This document shows positions 18,781-28,622 of a DNA stretch of 64,000 bases, piece after piece. Source of the stretch: Candidatus Egerieisoma sp. Lineage in GTDB: Bacteria > Bacillota > Clostridia > UBA1212 > UBA1255. Under the pieces are notes generated by a model that saw only the letters and a program-made list of their open reading frames with translations, searched no databases and was not told the origin of the DNA. The position numbers and the translations under genes are program-made. The stretch spans positions 31,584-95,583 of the forward strand of contig JBGVNN010000041.1 in the NCBI GenBank assembly GCA_045125595.1. The letters run 5' to 3'. How positions within the stretch are numbered: the first letter of the stretch is position 1; each line of letters opens with the position of its first letter.

Positions 18781-19551
18781 ATGAGCAATGACAAATTAAT
18801 TATAGGCGGACACGAATTTAATTCTCGTTTTATTCTCGGCTCAGGGAAATATTCTATGAAACTCATTGAAGCCGCGGTAAAAGATGCAGGTGCTGAAATT
18901 ATTACGCTTGCCGTCCGCCGTGCAAATACAAAAGAGAAAGAAAGCATACTCGACTACATACCTGAAGGTGTCACTTTGCTTCCTAATACCAGCGGAGCAA
19001 GAAATGCCGAAGAAGCAGTTCGTATTGCTCGTTTGGCGCGTGAACTCGGCTGTGGCAACTTTGTAAAAATTGAGATTATGAGAGATTCAAAATATTTACT
19101 TCCTGACAATCAAGAAACCATTAAAGCAACAGAAATTTTGGCAAAAGAGGGATTTGTTGTTATGCCGTATATGTATCCTGACCTCAATGTAGCTCGTGAT
19201 CTTGTAAATGCCGGTGCATCAAGTGTTATGCCTCTTGCTTCGCCTATTGGCTCTAATAAAGGTTTGGCAACAAAAGAATTTATACAGATTTTGATTGATG
19301 AGATTGATTTGCCGATTATTGTGGATGCAGGTATTGGCAGACCGTCTCAAGCTTGTGAGGCGATGGAAATGGGTGCGGCGGCGATTATGGCGAATACTGC
19401 ACTTGCTACAGCCGGAAATCTGCCTATGATGGCTTCTGCTTTTAAAAACGCTATTGAAGCAGGTCGCAAGGCATATCTTTCGGGACTCGGCAGAGTATTG
19501 ACTCGTGGTGCATCTGCTTCTGACCCGCTGACAGGTTTTCTCCGTGATTAA
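18781..19551 (+). CDS. thiG: Thiazole synthase ThiG
   Basis: 256 aa. Typical ThiG TIM-barrel sequence ([17 protein letters not shown]...). Confidence 0.9.
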   Translation: MSNDKLIIGGHEFNSRFILGSGKYSMKLIEAAVKDAGAEIITLAVRRANTKEKESILDYIPEGVTLLPNTSGARNAEEAVRIARLARELGCGNFVKIEIMRDSKYLLPDNQETIKATEILAKEGFVVMPYMYPDLNVARDLVNAGASSVMPLASPIGSNKGLATKEFIQILIDEIDLPIIVDAGIGRPSQACEAMEMGAAAIMANTALATAGNLPMMASAFKNAIEAGRKAYLSGLGRVLTRGASASDPLTGFLRD

Positions 19552-19562
19552 GAGGTGAGTCT

Positions 19563-20816
19563 ATGGAGAATTGTTTTTTTGTGGATTCAGAGCATTTATC
19601 ACCGGAGGCACTTGCTAAAAAGCATCGTTTGGAAAAAGAGCCGACTTTCCGTACAAACCATATGGAATATATGCCCGGCATGGAAGTGATTAAATCTGAT
19701 GTTTGCGCAAGTGTGATGGCGCAAGTGCACTCATTTGATTATTCAAAATATACATCTGCTGATGTGAAAGCGGCATTGGAACACAGTACTTGTACTATAG
19801 AGGATTTTAAAGCGCTTCTTTCGCCTGCCGCTGAGCCGTTTTTGGAGCAAATGGCAGAGCGTGCGAGATTGGAAACAAGCAAACATTTCGGTAATACAGT
19901 TTATCTGTTTACACCTCTTTATATAGCTAATTATTGCGAAAATTACTGTGTTTATTGTGGTTTTAACTGCTACAACCACATTAAACGCATGAAACTCAAT
20001 ATGGAGCAGATTGAAAAAGAAATGCAGGTAATTGCTGACAGCGGCATGGAGGAGATACTGATTCTTACAGGTGAAAGCAGGGCAATGAGTGATGTGAAGT
20101 ATATAGGTGAAGCCTGTAAGCTGGCGAGAAAATATTTCCGTATGGTAGGACTTGAAATATATCCTGTCAATACGGATGAATACCGATATCTTCACGAATG
20201 CGGTGCTGACTATGTGACGGTGTTTCAGGAAACTTACGATACTGAAAGATATGAGCAACTGCACCTGCTTGGGCACAAAAGAGTATGGCCGTACCGTTTC
20301 GATGCACAGGAACGTGCACTTCGGGGCGGAATGCGAGGCGTTGCTTTCTCGGCACTTTTGGGTCTTTCGGATTTTCGCAAAGATGCATTGGCAAGTGCTT
20401 TGCATGTGTACTTTTTGCAGAGAAAATATCCTCATGCGGAAATGTCGCTGTCCTGTCCGAGGCTTAGGCCGATTATAAATAACGACAAAATCAATCCTTT
20501 GGATGTACACGAGCGTCAGCTTTGTCAGGTGATATGTGCATATCGTATTTTTTTGCCTTATGTTGGCATTACGGTGTCTTCACGAGAAAGTGCTGAATTC
20601 AGAAACGGCATAGTGAAAATAGCGGCAACAAAAGTTTCCGCAGGTGTTTCAACCGGTATTGGTGACCATGAAAGCAAATATGAGGGTAAAGAAACGAATG
20701 AAACTCAAGGCGACGAACAGTTTGAAATTGATGATAACCGCAGTCTTGATAAGATGTATAAAGATATTGCACAAGAGGGTTTGCAGCCTGTTTTGAATGA
20801 TTATTTGTATGTGTGA
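19563..20816 (+). CDS. thiH: 2-iminoacetate synthase ThiH (radical SAM tyrosine lyase)
   Basis: Radical SAM cluster CENYCVYC. 417 aa. Position within the thi operon. Confidence 0.85.
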   Translation: MENCFFVDSEHLSPEALAKKHRLEKEPTFRTNHMEYMPGMEVIKSDVCASVMAQVHSFDYSKYTSADVKAALEHSTCTIEDFKALLSPAAEPFLEQMAERARLETSKHFGNTVYLFTPLYIANYCENYCVYCGFNCYNHIKRMKLNMEQIEKEMQVIADSGMEEILILTGESRAMSDVKYIGEACKLARKYFRMVGLEIYPVNTDEYRYLHECGADYVTVFQETYDTERYEQLHLLGHKRVWPYRFDAQERALRGGMRGVAFSALLGLSDFRKDALASALHVYFLQRKYPHAEMSLSCPRLRPIINNDKINPLDVHERQLCQVICAYRIFLPYVGITVSSRESAEFRNGIVKIAATKVSAGVSTGIGDHESKYEGKETNETQGDEQFEIDDNRSLDKMYKDIAQEGLQPVLNDYLYV

Positions 20817-20830
20817 GAGGTAATGTTAAT

Positions 20831-21463
20831 ATGAGAAAATTTGATTCAAGTCTATATTTTATAACTGACAGCACAAAATATAACGAAGAAGAATTTCTTT
20901 ATCGTGTTGAAGAGGCTCTTAAAGGGGGCGTAACTCTTCTTCAACTTCGTGAAAAAGAAAAATCTACCCGTGAATATATTGAGCTTGCACAAAAAGTTCA
21001 CGCACTTACAAAGCGTTATAATGTGCCGCTTATTATTGATGACCGCGTGGATGTGGCTCTTGCTGTTGATGCTGAAGGGGTTCATGTCGGAGCAAGTGAT
21101 ATGCCTGTTTCGACAGCAAGAAGACTGATGGGTGAAGATAAAATTGTGGGCGCTACGGCAAAAACAGTGCCGTGGGCAACGGAAGCTTATGAGCAAGGTG
21201 CTGATTATCTCGGGGTAGGTGCAATTTATCCTACAACAACTAAAGTAAAAACAGTTCTTACCTCTGTCGAAACTCTGCGAGATATTTGTAATACAGTGCC
21301 GATTCCTGTAAATGCTATTGGAGGACTTAATATAAATAATATTGATGTTTTGAAAGGCATTACTATTGCGGGTGTTTGTGTCGTTTCTGCCATTATGAAG
21401 GCTGATGATCCTAAAAAGGCGGCAGAGGAACTGAAAACAGCGGTAAAGGGGAGTTTGCTATGA
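20831..21463 (+). CDS. thiE: Thiamine-phosphate synthase ThiE
   Basis: TMP-TENI family sequence. Probable ATG 20831 with RBS GAGAGGTAA. The ORF-track GTG 20813 overlaps the thiH stop. Confidence 0.85.
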   Translation: MRKFDSSLYFITDSTKYNEEEFLYRVEEALKGGVTLLQLREKEKSTREYIELAQKVHALTKRYNVPLIIDDRVDVALAVDAEGVHVGASDMPVSTARRLMGEDKIVGATAKTVPWATEAYEQGADYLGVGAIYPTTTKVKTVLTSVETLRDICNTVPIPVNAIGGLNINNIDVLKGITIAGVCVVSAIMKADDPKKAAEELKTAVKGSLL

Positions 21464-22272
21464 AAATCAAAACAGCGTTGAGCATTGCGGGAAGCGACTC
21501 AAGCGGAGGAGCCGGCATTCAGGCAGATATTAAAACAATGACGATGAACGGTGTTTATGCAATGAGCGTTATTACTGCGCTGACTGCCCAAAATACAACA
21601 GGTGTAAGAGCAATTCAAGAAGCGACCCCGGAGTTTTTAAAACAACAAATTGATGCAGTTTTTGAGGATATATTTCCGGATGCCGTCAAGATTGGCATGG
21701 TGGCTTCGAGCAAACTTATTCGAGTGATTGCAGACAGATTGAGGCACTATAAAGCCAAAAATATCATAGTTGACCCCGTTATGGTGGCAACCAGCGGTTC
21801 GTCTTTGATGCAGAACGATGCAGTGAATACACTCGTAAGCGAGCTTCTTTATATAGCGACACTTGTTACGCCAAATATTCCGGAGGCGCAGGTTCTTTCG
21901 GGAATGTTGATTGAAAATAAAAGTGATATGGAGAAAGCCGCCCGAACAATAGGAGATAAATATAAATGCTCTGTCTTACTTAAAGGCGGACACAGTGTAA
22001 GTGATGCGGATGACTTGTTGTTTTCAGATGGTGTGGTGCGTTGGTTTGAGGGTAGACGAATTGACAACCCGAATACTCACGGTACAGGATGCACATTATC
22101 AAGCGCAATTGCATCAAATATCGCAAAAGGTTTCAGTCTTGAAGAGTCTGTTAAAAGAGCAAAGGAGTACATATCCGAAGCACTTGCCGCACAGCTTGAT
22201 TTAGGCAAAGGCTCAGGGCCTATACTACATAACTTTGGACTAAACACTCGTTACAGTCAAAATAATATTTAA
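21460..22272 (+). CDS. thiD: Hydroxymethylpyrimidine/phosphomethylpyrimidine kinase ThiD
   Basis: 270 aa. PfkB-like HMPP kinase motifs. ATGA overlap with the thiE stop. Confidence 0.85.
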   Translation: MKIKTALSIAGSDSSGGAGIQADIKTMTMNGVYAMSVITALTAQNTTGVRAIQEATPEFLKQQIDAVFEDIFPDAVKIGMVASSKLIRVIADRLRHYKAKNIIVDPVMVATSGSSLMQNDAVNTLVSELLYIATLVTPNIPEAQVLSGMLIENKSDMEKAARTIGDKYKCSVLLKGGHSVSDADDLLFSDGVVRWFEGRRIDNPNTHGTGCTLSSAIASNIAKGFSLEESVKRAKEYISEALAAQLDLGKGSGPILHNFGLNTRYSQNNI

Positions 22273-22284
22273 ACGAAAGGAACG

Positions 22285-23595
22285 ATGAAAATGAGAAATT
22301 ACGCAACACAAATGGATGCCGCAAAGCGTGGAATCATTACACCTGAGATGAAAGCGGTTGCTGCAAAAGAGTACAGAACAGAAGAAGAAATTCGTGAACT
22401 TGTTGCAAAGGGACAGGTGGCTATATGTGCAAACAAACTACATACTTGTATTGAACCCAATGGCGTCGGCTCTATGCTTCGTACTAAAATTAATGTTAAT
22501 CTCGGCGTTTCTCGTGATTGCAAGGATTATGACATTGAAATGCAAAAGGTTATGGCGGCTGTTGATATGGGCGCAGAAGCAATTATGGACTTGTCAAGCC
22601 ACGGCAACACGCAACCTTTCCGTCGTAAATTGACTTCGGAATGCCCCGCTATGATTGGTACGGTGCCGGTTTATGACAGTGTAATTCACTACCAAAGAGA
22701 CCTTGCAACTCTAACTGCAAAGGATTTTATAGATGTAGTAAGACTTCATGCTGAGGATGGCGTAGACTTTGTGACACTTCATTGTGGCATCACTCGCAAG
22801 ACTATTGAACAAATCCGCAAGCATAAGCGCAAAATGAATATCGTTTCCCGTGGCGGCTCTCTCGTATTTGCTTGGATGAGTATGACAGGTGAAGAAAATC
22901 CTTTTTATGAATATTACGATGAAATTTTAGATATCTGCCGTGAATATGATGTGACAATTTCGCTCGGTGACGCTTGCCGTCCGGGATGTCTTGCCGATGC
23001 CGGAGATGTATGTCAAATTGAAGAGCTTGTTCGTCTCGGTGAGCTGACGAAACGTGCATGGGCGAAAGATGTACAGGTTATGGTAGAAGGCCCCGGACAT
23101 ATGCCGATGGATCAAATTGAAGCTAATATGAAAATTCAACAGACTGTATGTTTGGGTGCGCCTTTTTATGTTCTTGGGCCTATCGTTACTGATATTGCTC
23201 CCGGTTATGACCATATCACTTCAGCTATAGGCGGTGCTATCGCTGCTGCTTCAGGTGCGGCTTTTCTTTGCTATGTAACGCCTGCGGAACATTTGGCTTT
23301 GCCTAATGTTGAAGATGTAAAACAAGGTATTATCGCTTCGCGAATTGCAGCTCATGCCGCAGATATTGCCAAGAAGATTCCTCATGCGAAAGATGCAGAT
23401 GATGCAATGGCTGATGCAAGAAGAACTTTTGACTGGGAAAAACAGTGGGAATGCTCTATTGATCCCGAAACAGCAAAAGCAATTCGTGACAGCCGTGCTC
23501 CCGAACACGAAGACAGTTGCTCTATGTGCGGAAAGTTCTGTGCTGTCAGAAGCATGAACAAGGCTCTTAACGGAGAGTATATTGATATTTTATGA
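22285..23595 (+). CDS. thiC: Phosphomethylpyrimidine synthase ThiC
   Basis: 436 aa. The C-terminal CSMCGKFCA cluster motif is typical of ThiC. Confidence 0.9.
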   Translation: MKMRNYATQMDAAKRGIITPEMKAVAAKEYRTEEEIRELVAKGQVAICANKLHTCIEPNGVGSMLRTKINVNLGVSRDCKDYDIEMQKVMAAVDMGAEAIMDLSSHGNTQPFRRKLTSECPAMIGTVPVYDSVIHYQRDLATLTAKDFIDVVRLHAEDGVDFVTLHCGITRKTIEQIRKHKRKMNIVSRGGSLVFAWMSMTGEENPFYEYYDEILDICREYDVTISLGDACRPGCLADAGDVCQIEELVRLGELTKRAWAKDVQVMVEGPGHMPMDQIEANMKIQQTVCLGAPFYVLGPIVTDIAPGYDHITSAIGGAIAAASGAAFLCYVTPAEHLALPNVEDVKQGIIASRIAAHAADIAKKIPHAKDADDAMADARRTFDWEKQWECSIDPETAKAIRDSRAPEHEDSCSMCGKFCAVRSMNKALNGEYIDIL

Positions 23596-23682
23596 GTTGA
23601 AAAGATTTTCTGTCAAAATTCAAAAAAACAACAGAAAATAAATACAGTATCAAAGCAACGGCGAACGACCAACTTTCCGTAG

Positions 23683-23730
23683 AAAAAAAGGCTACATTCC
23701 CACATATCTGTAGGTTTGTAGCCTCTTTTA
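23683..23730. terminator. Bidirectional terminator between thiC (+) and spoIVA (-)
   Basis: Stem AGGCTACA/TGTAGCCT flanked by an A-run upstream and T-rich sequence downstream. Confidence 0.6.
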
Positions 23731-23740
23731 GCTCTGCTTT

Positions 23741-25219
23741 TTAGAGAATTATGCAAATAAGACCGCCGCTACCTTCGTTGATAACGCGCTGAATTGTCTC
23801 TTGGAGTTTAACTCGCTCCTCGTCAGGTATGCGGTTTAGCTTGCTTTGAAGTCCTTCGCCCATAAGCTCGTTAAGAGGCTTTCCGAAAAGGTTTGAAGTC
23901 CAAATAGATTGAGGATCGCCCTCGAATTCGTTTAAAATATAATTAACAAGCTCCTCTGATTGTTTCTCCGTACCGACAAAAGGAGCAATTTCCGTCTCGA
24001 TGTCGGCTTTAATCATATGTATTGACGGGGCATGGGCACGAAGGCGTACGCCGAAACGGTTGCCCTGTTTAACAATTTGCGGTTCTTCTAAGTGCATTTC
24101 CTCCATTGTAGGCATAACGATGCCGTAGCCTTTAAGCTCGACTTCGCGAAGTGCGGTTTCAAGACGCTCGTGTTCTCTCTTGATGCGACCTAAATCACGA
24201 ATCATAGCAATGAGGGCCTTGTCGTCAGTAATGTCGAGTCCGGAACGCTCAGACAAAATATTATAAAAAAGCTCGTCAGGAAGCTGTAAATCAATCATTG
24301 CACAACCACTGCCGGCATTGATAGAAGAAATATTTGCTCTTTTTATAAACGGAAAGTTCGAGAGCACATTCATACACTCGCTTATGTGGCGAACTTTTGA
24401 TGCAGGCTCAAAAGATTCTTTAATAGCATCGGTTAAAGAAGCCTTTAAATCCTCGTTGTAGTCAAGACTGACCATCCAAGATGGAATATTTATACCTATT
24501 TCACATATTGGAAATTCATAAAGAATCGTTTGCATAATGTCATTTATGTTCTCCTGGCTCATTGTGCTGCAATTTACAGGTAAAACGGGAACGCTGTATT
24601 TTTGGTTGAGATTTTCCGCAATGGCAGAGACATCTTGCGCAGAAGGATCTGCACAGTTAAGTAAAATGGCAAACGGCTTGCCGGTGTTTTTCATTTCCTC
24701 GATGACGCGTTCTTCTGCTTCTATGTATTCTTCTCGCGAAATATCGGTTATACTGCCATCTGTTGTTATTACGAGACCTATTGTAGAGTGCTCCGTAATT
24801 ACTTTTTGCGTGCCTATTTCCGCCGCTTGACCAAACGGAATTTTTTCCTCAAACCAAGGGGTGTCGACCATGCGCGGAATGTCGTTCTCTAAATGACCGA
24901 GTGCGCCTGAAACAAGATAACCCACACAGTCGACAAGACGAACTTTTAAATTTATATTACCGTCAATTGTGATATTGGCGGCTTCGTTTGGTATGAATTT
25001 AGGCTCCGTTGTCATTATGGTTTTTCCCGATGCGCTTTGAGGCAATTCGTCAATGGCTCTGTCGCGCTCAAAAGTATCCGTAATATTAGGAATAACCAAT
25101 AAATCCATAAATCTTTTAATAAATGTAGACTTGCCCGTGCGGACGGGGCCTACAACGCCGATGTAAATATCTCCGTTTGTTCTTTGTGCTATTTGTTGGT
25201 AAATATCAAATCTATCCAC
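23741..25219 (-). CDS. spoIVA: Stage IV sporulation protein A (spore coat morphogenetic ATPase)
   Basis: 492 aa. N-terminal IYIGVVGPVRTGKSTFIKRFMDLLVIPNI matches the SpoIVA Walker A region. Confidence 0.9.
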   Translation of the reverse strand: MDRFDIYQQIAQRTNGDIYIGVVGPVRTGKSTFIKRFMDLLVIPNITDTFERDRAIDELPQSASGKTIMTTEPKFIPNEAANITIDGNINLKVRLVDCVGYLVSGALGHLENDIPRMVDTPWFEEKIPFGQAAEIGTQKVITEHSTIGLVITTDGSITDISREEYIEAEERVIEEMKNTGKPFAILLNCADPSAQDVSAIAENLNQKYSVPVLPVNCSTMSQENINDIMQTILYEFPICEIGINIPSWMVSLDYNEDLKASLTDAIKESFEPASKVRHISECMNVLSNFPFIKRANISSINAGSGCAMIDLQLPDELFYNILSERSGLDITDDKALIAMIRDLGRIKREHERLETALREVELKGYGIVMPTMEEMHLEEPQIVKQGNRFGVRLRAHAPSIHMIKADIETEIAPFVGTEKQSEELVNYILNEFEGDPQSIWTSNLFGKPLNELMGEGLQSKLNRIPDEERVKLQETIQRVINEGSGGLICIIL

Positions 25220-25320
25220 TTAAAAACCTCCTTAATATGTAGTAACCCTGTGTTCGCTGCGGTTTACAAAAACAGTATATGAACAGTATGGGGATTTAAT
25301 ACTAAAATTTTTATTTATTT

Positions 25321-25349
25321 ATTGACATCGACCTTGATAGAAGGTATAC
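25321..25349 (+). promoter_or_regulatory. Sigma-A-type promoter of lipoprotein gene 25399..26382
   Basis: TTGACA, 17-nt spacer, TATACT. Confidence 0.5.
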
Positions 25350-25398
25350 TTCATAGGTATATATTGTGTTATCTTTCGTATTGGGAGGCATTAAATTT

Positions 25399-26382
25399 AT
25401 GACACGTAGAAAGTTATTGTCTGTGATATTAGCAGTAGTAATTATGTCAACAATGGTTTTATTTGCAGGATGCAAAGATGAAAAAGTTGGCGTATCTGAT
25501 TGGACCACAAACGGCGGAGATCCTTCGCTTACTAAACAAGAAGAAGTTTCAGCCGATAAGCTTGTGACATTCGGTATGTATCCGCAGACAAAAGCAGCAT
25601 CTGATATTCAAAGCAAAATTTTAACTAATGTTAAAATTGACCCTGAGACAGGTTTGTGGAACGAATTTGAAGATGATAATATGTTTGCAAAATATGACCT
25701 TGAGTCAGGTTATTTTGTATATCAGGCTAAAGAAAATGGTGAAAAGAAAGCAGAGCAATATTATATGCTTTGCGGAGAAACACTTTATCTTGTAGAAGCT
25801 ATCCAATGGATTGTTCTTGAGACATCCGGTTCTGACAGTATCCTTATTTCAAGCAAAATACTTGACGGCGGACGAAAATATAACGACCTTTACGGCGAGT
25901 GTACATGGGAAGAGTCTTCAATGAGAGATTGGCTTAACGGTACAGACGCTTATTCTGTAAACAACGGTGAATTCTACAAAGAACAACTTAACTTCTTGAA
26001 CAGAGCATTTTCTGAAGCAGAAATCGCCAAGATTAAAAAAGTAACAAACTCAAGCAAAGATAATGATACATATAAGACTGAGGGTGGTAATGACACTGAG
26101 GATTTGGTGTACTTACTTTCTGCAGATGAGTTTGCTAAATATTTCACAAAAGAAAGCGGATTTAACTCCATGGCATACGCTACTGACTATGCTGCCGGCA
26201 GAGGTCTTGTTACAGATAAAAACTCAGCAGGTATATGGTGGTTGAGAGATCCCGGTGCTAAAACATTTATGTTGGCAGTTGATCGTTCAGGTAATGTTGC
26301 AGAGGGCGGTTATACAGTTGATGATACGGCAGAAGGTATCAGACCGGTAATTAAAGTATCAACTGATGCTCTCAATAAATAA
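25399..26382 (+). CDS. Lipoprotein, hypothetical
   Basis: Lipobox LFAGCKDE. RBS GGGAGG upstream of ATG 25399. The ORF-track start 25366 lacks an RBS. Confidence 0.6.
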   Translation: MTRRKLLSVILAVVIMSTMVLFAGCKDEKVGVSDWTTNGGDPSLTKQEEVSADKLVTFGMYPQTKAASDIQSKILTNVKIDPETGLWNEFEDDNMFAKYDLESGYFVYQAKENGEKKAEQYYMLCGETLYLVEAIQWIVLETSGSDSILISSKILDGGRKYNDLYGECTWEESSMRDWLNGTDAYSVNNGEFYKEQLNFLNRAFSEAEIAKIKKVTNSSKDNDTYKTEGGNDTEDLVYLLSADEFAKYFTKESGFNSMAYATDYAAGRGLVTDKNSAGIWWLRDPGAKTFMLAVDRSGNVAEGGYTVDDTAEGIRPVIKVSTDALNK

Positions 26383-26445
26383 TATTGCGGTAACAGTGTA
26401 TAACAGATTTTTTTAAAAAAATCTAAAAATTTTTTAAAAAAGCTA

Positions 26446-26474
26446 TTGACAACACTCATTAAGTGATGTATTAT
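26446..26474 (+). promoter_or_regulatory. Sigma-A-type promoter of tRNA-Lys
   Basis: TTGACA, 17-nt spacer, TATTAT, about 35 nt upstream of the tRNA 5' end. Confidence 0.5.
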
Positions 26475-26510
26475 ATCCAAGCGCTTTGCGAAAGCGAAGC
26501 CTTGAGCTTT

Positions 26511-26586
26511 GATCCATTAGCTCAGTCGGTAGAGCACCTGGCTTTTAATCAGGGTGTCCGGAGTTCGAGTCTCCGATGGATCACCA
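26511..26586 (+). tRNA. tRNA-Lys (anticodon UUU)
   Basis: Cloverleaf by hand: acceptor GATCCAT/ATGGATC, D arm GCTC-AGTCGGTA-GAGC, anticodon stem CCTGG/TCAGG with loop CTTTTAA, T arm CGGAG-TTCGAGT-CTCCG, and an encoded CCA. Confidence 0.9.
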
Positions 26587-26591
26587 CGAAG

Positions 26592-26629
26592 TCCGAATCT
26601 GTTAAACAAGCAGGTTCGGATTTTTGTTT
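26592..26629 (+). terminator. Rho-independent terminator after tRNA-Lys
   Basis: 10-bp stem TCCGAATCTG/CAGGTTCGGA with one G-U pair, 9-nt loop, TTTTTGTTT. Confidence 0.8.
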
Positions 26630-26679
26630 ATAGTAAATTATATTTTTTATATAAATTATGGATTGAAAGGAAATTTGCA

Positions 26680-28020
26680 ATGGACGAAAAGCAAAACAAT
26701 CAAAAGAAAATAGTGGAGCCGTCAATTCTTTCAGGCTTTATGGAGCTCTTGCCTAAAGAACAAATGATATTGACTCGTATGACAGATACAATAAAAAGAA
26801 CATTTGAAAGCTACGGCTTTATTCCTCTTGATACACCTGTATTAGAAAAATCAGAAGTTCTGCTTGCCAAAAGCGGTGGAGATACTGCAAAACAGGTTTA
26901 TCGCTTTAACAAAGGTGACAGTGATATTGCAATGAGATTTGACTTAACCGTACCACTTGCAAGATATGTTGCACAACATTACGGTGAACTTACATTTCCT
27001 TTCAGAAGATATCATATAGGTAAAGTTTACAGAGGAGAAAAACCGCAAAAGGGAAGATTCCGTGAGTTTTATCAATGCGATATTGATATAATCGGCAACG
27101 GTTCGTTAGGCATTGTAAATGATGCTGAAATAGTAAGTGTTATTTACTCTACTTTTAATGCGCTTAATATCGGTAAGTTTAAAATTATGATAAATAACAG
27201 AAAGCTCTTAAACGGTTATTTTGAGTATTTGCAAATAGAAAATACTATTGAAACTTTGCGTATAGTTGACAAGATAGATAAAATCGGCAGAGATAATGTG
27301 AAAAAAGAACTTATCAAAGAGGTCGGTGTTTCAGAAGAAACAGCAGAAAGTGTTTTGGCATTCTTGGATAATTCCGGCAGTATTTCCGATATTATTTCGC
27401 GTCTTAAAGAGTATGATATTCCCAATGAAAAATTCAAAGATGGTCTTGCTGAACTTGAGGCTGTTTGTGAAAATATTTTGGCTCTTGGTGTCAGCGAAGA
27501 ATGTTTTACAGTTAATCTTAAAATTGCAAGAGGTCTTGATTATTATACAGGTACTGTTTATGAAACTATGCTTTGTGATTATCCTCAATTGGGAAGCATC
27601 TGTTCGGGCGGCAGATATGATGAATTGGCTTCAAACTATACTAAACAGAGCTTGCCGGGCGTAGGTATATCTATAGGTCTTTCAAGATTGTTCTACCAGC
27701 TCAATGAAGTTGGTGCGATACAATACAATAATAAATGTACACCTACAGAAATACTTTTCATACCTATGAGTGACACTGTAAAGTATACATTGGAAAAGGC
27801 AACAGAGTTCCGTAATGCCGGATACGCCGTAGAAGTGTATATGAATGACGGTAAAATGGCAAAGAAATTGACATATGCAAATAAACTCGGTATTCCGTAC
27901 GTTGTTATTATTGGCGGCGACGAAATGGAGAGCGGTGTGTTTAAAATTAAGGATATGGCAACAGGTGAACAATATGAAATTTCAACACCTGAAGATGTGG
28001 CTGAAATTATTAAAAAATAA
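26680..28020 (+). CDS. hisS: Histidine--tRNA ligase
   Basis: Class II aaRS motifs (FMELLP..., motif 3 GVGISIGLSRL) plus a C-terminal anticodon-binding domain. The ORF-track start 26554 overlaps the tRNA and is rejected. Confidence 0.8.
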   Translation: MDEKQNNQKKIVEPSILSGFMELLPKEQMILTRMTDTIKRTFESYGFIPLDTPVLEKSEVLLAKSGGDTAKQVYRFNKGDSDIAMRFDLTVPLARYVAQHYGELTFPFRRYHIGKVYRGEKPQKGRFREFYQCDIDIIGNGSLGIVNDAEIVSVIYSTFNALNIGKFKIMINNRKLLNGYFEYLQIENTIETLRIVDKIDKIGRDNVKKELIKEVGVSEETAESVLAFLDNSGSISDIISRLKEYDIPNEKFKDGLAELEAVCENILALGVSEECFTVNLKIARGLDYYTGTVYETMLCDYPQLGSICSGGRYDELASNYTKQSLPGVGISIGLSRLFYQLNEVGAIQYNNKCTPTEILFIPMSDTVKYTLEKATEFRNAGYAVEVYMNDGKMAKKLTYANKLGIPYVVIIGGDEMESGVFKIKDMATGEQYEISTPEDVAEIIKK

Positions 28021-28022
28021 AT

Positions 28023-28051
28023 TTGACATTGCATATAAGAATATGTAAAAT
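28023..28051 (+). promoter_or_regulatory. Sigma-A-type promoter of gene 28086..28622
   Basis: TTGACA, 17-nt spacer, TAAAAT. Confidence 0.5.
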
Positions 28052-28085
28052 TTAAAGTGATTTTGAAAAAGAGGAGTTCTGCGTT

Positions 28086-28622
28086 ATGAAAAAAAGAACG
28101 TTACTTACAAATGTATTTATTATCGTATTGATGATTTCAATAGTTTTTGTGCTTTTGGCTTTTTTTGAGATTTTCCCGGCTAATATTCAACAGCCTGTAT
28201 TATTAATCTCTATGTCATTTGCTCTTGTGTCTGTATTGCTTGTAGACATTGTTTTCCCTTTAATTGACAATATCGGCAAATTTAAAAAAGAAACGTCATA
28301 TAAAATAAAAACAATTGTTAAAGTTGTGCTTTTTATTGTTGCAGTAGTTTTCCTTCTTCTTACAGTTAAGAGCATCGGTATCTTCAAAACTCAATTTTTG
28401 GGAATTGCGCTTTTCTGCGTAGCTTATTTGGCACAGTTCTTTATTGATCTCGATAAAGGTAGAAAGGCTCAAATCGAAGCAGAAGAAGGCGACGATGATG
28501 AGGATGAAGATGCAGATGCAGAAGAAGATAATGATGAAGATGAAGACGAAGACGAGACAACATCATTTGATGATGAAGACGAATTCGACAACAGTTATGA
28601 TAATGAGGATGACATTAAATAA
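28086..28622 (+). CDS. Small membrane protein with poly-acidic C-terminal tail, hypothetical
   Basis: Four hydrophobic segments, then a DDDEDEDADAEEDNDEDEDEDE tail. Own sigma-A promoter and RBS AAGAGGAG. Confidence 0.6.
   Translation: MKKRTLLTNVFIIVLMISIVFVLLAFFEIFPANIQQPVLLISMSFALVSVLLVDIVFPLIDNIGKFKKETSYKIKTIVKVVLFIVAVVFLLLTVKSIGIFKTQFLGIALFCVAYLAQFFIDLDKGRKAQIEAEEGDDDEDEDADAEEDNDEDEDEDETTSFDDEDEFDNSYDNEDDIK

Noticed and set aside
19743-20510. 255-aa minus-strand ORF antisense to thiH, and the 205-aa ORF 35950..36567 antisense to the EF-G paralog.
   Set aside because: They overlap strongly conserved genes, are Cys/Arg-rich, and lack an RBS.
25220-25320. Sigma-E-type promoter for spoIVA on the minus strand.
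   Set aside because: CATACTGT and CATATACT sequences exist on the minus strand, but no convincing -35 at correct spacing could be matched by eye. It is left uncalled.
26390-26445. AT-rich palindromes (AGATTTTTTTAAAAAAATCT) as a terminator after the lipoprotein gene.
   Set aside because: The stem is made only of A/T pairs with no GC clamp, too weak to call an intrinsic terminator.
26554-26679. N-terminal extension of the hisS ORF back to 26554.
   Set aside because: The extension overlaps tRNA-Lys and its terminator. The true start ATG 26680 begins the conserved MDEKQ...FMELLP region.
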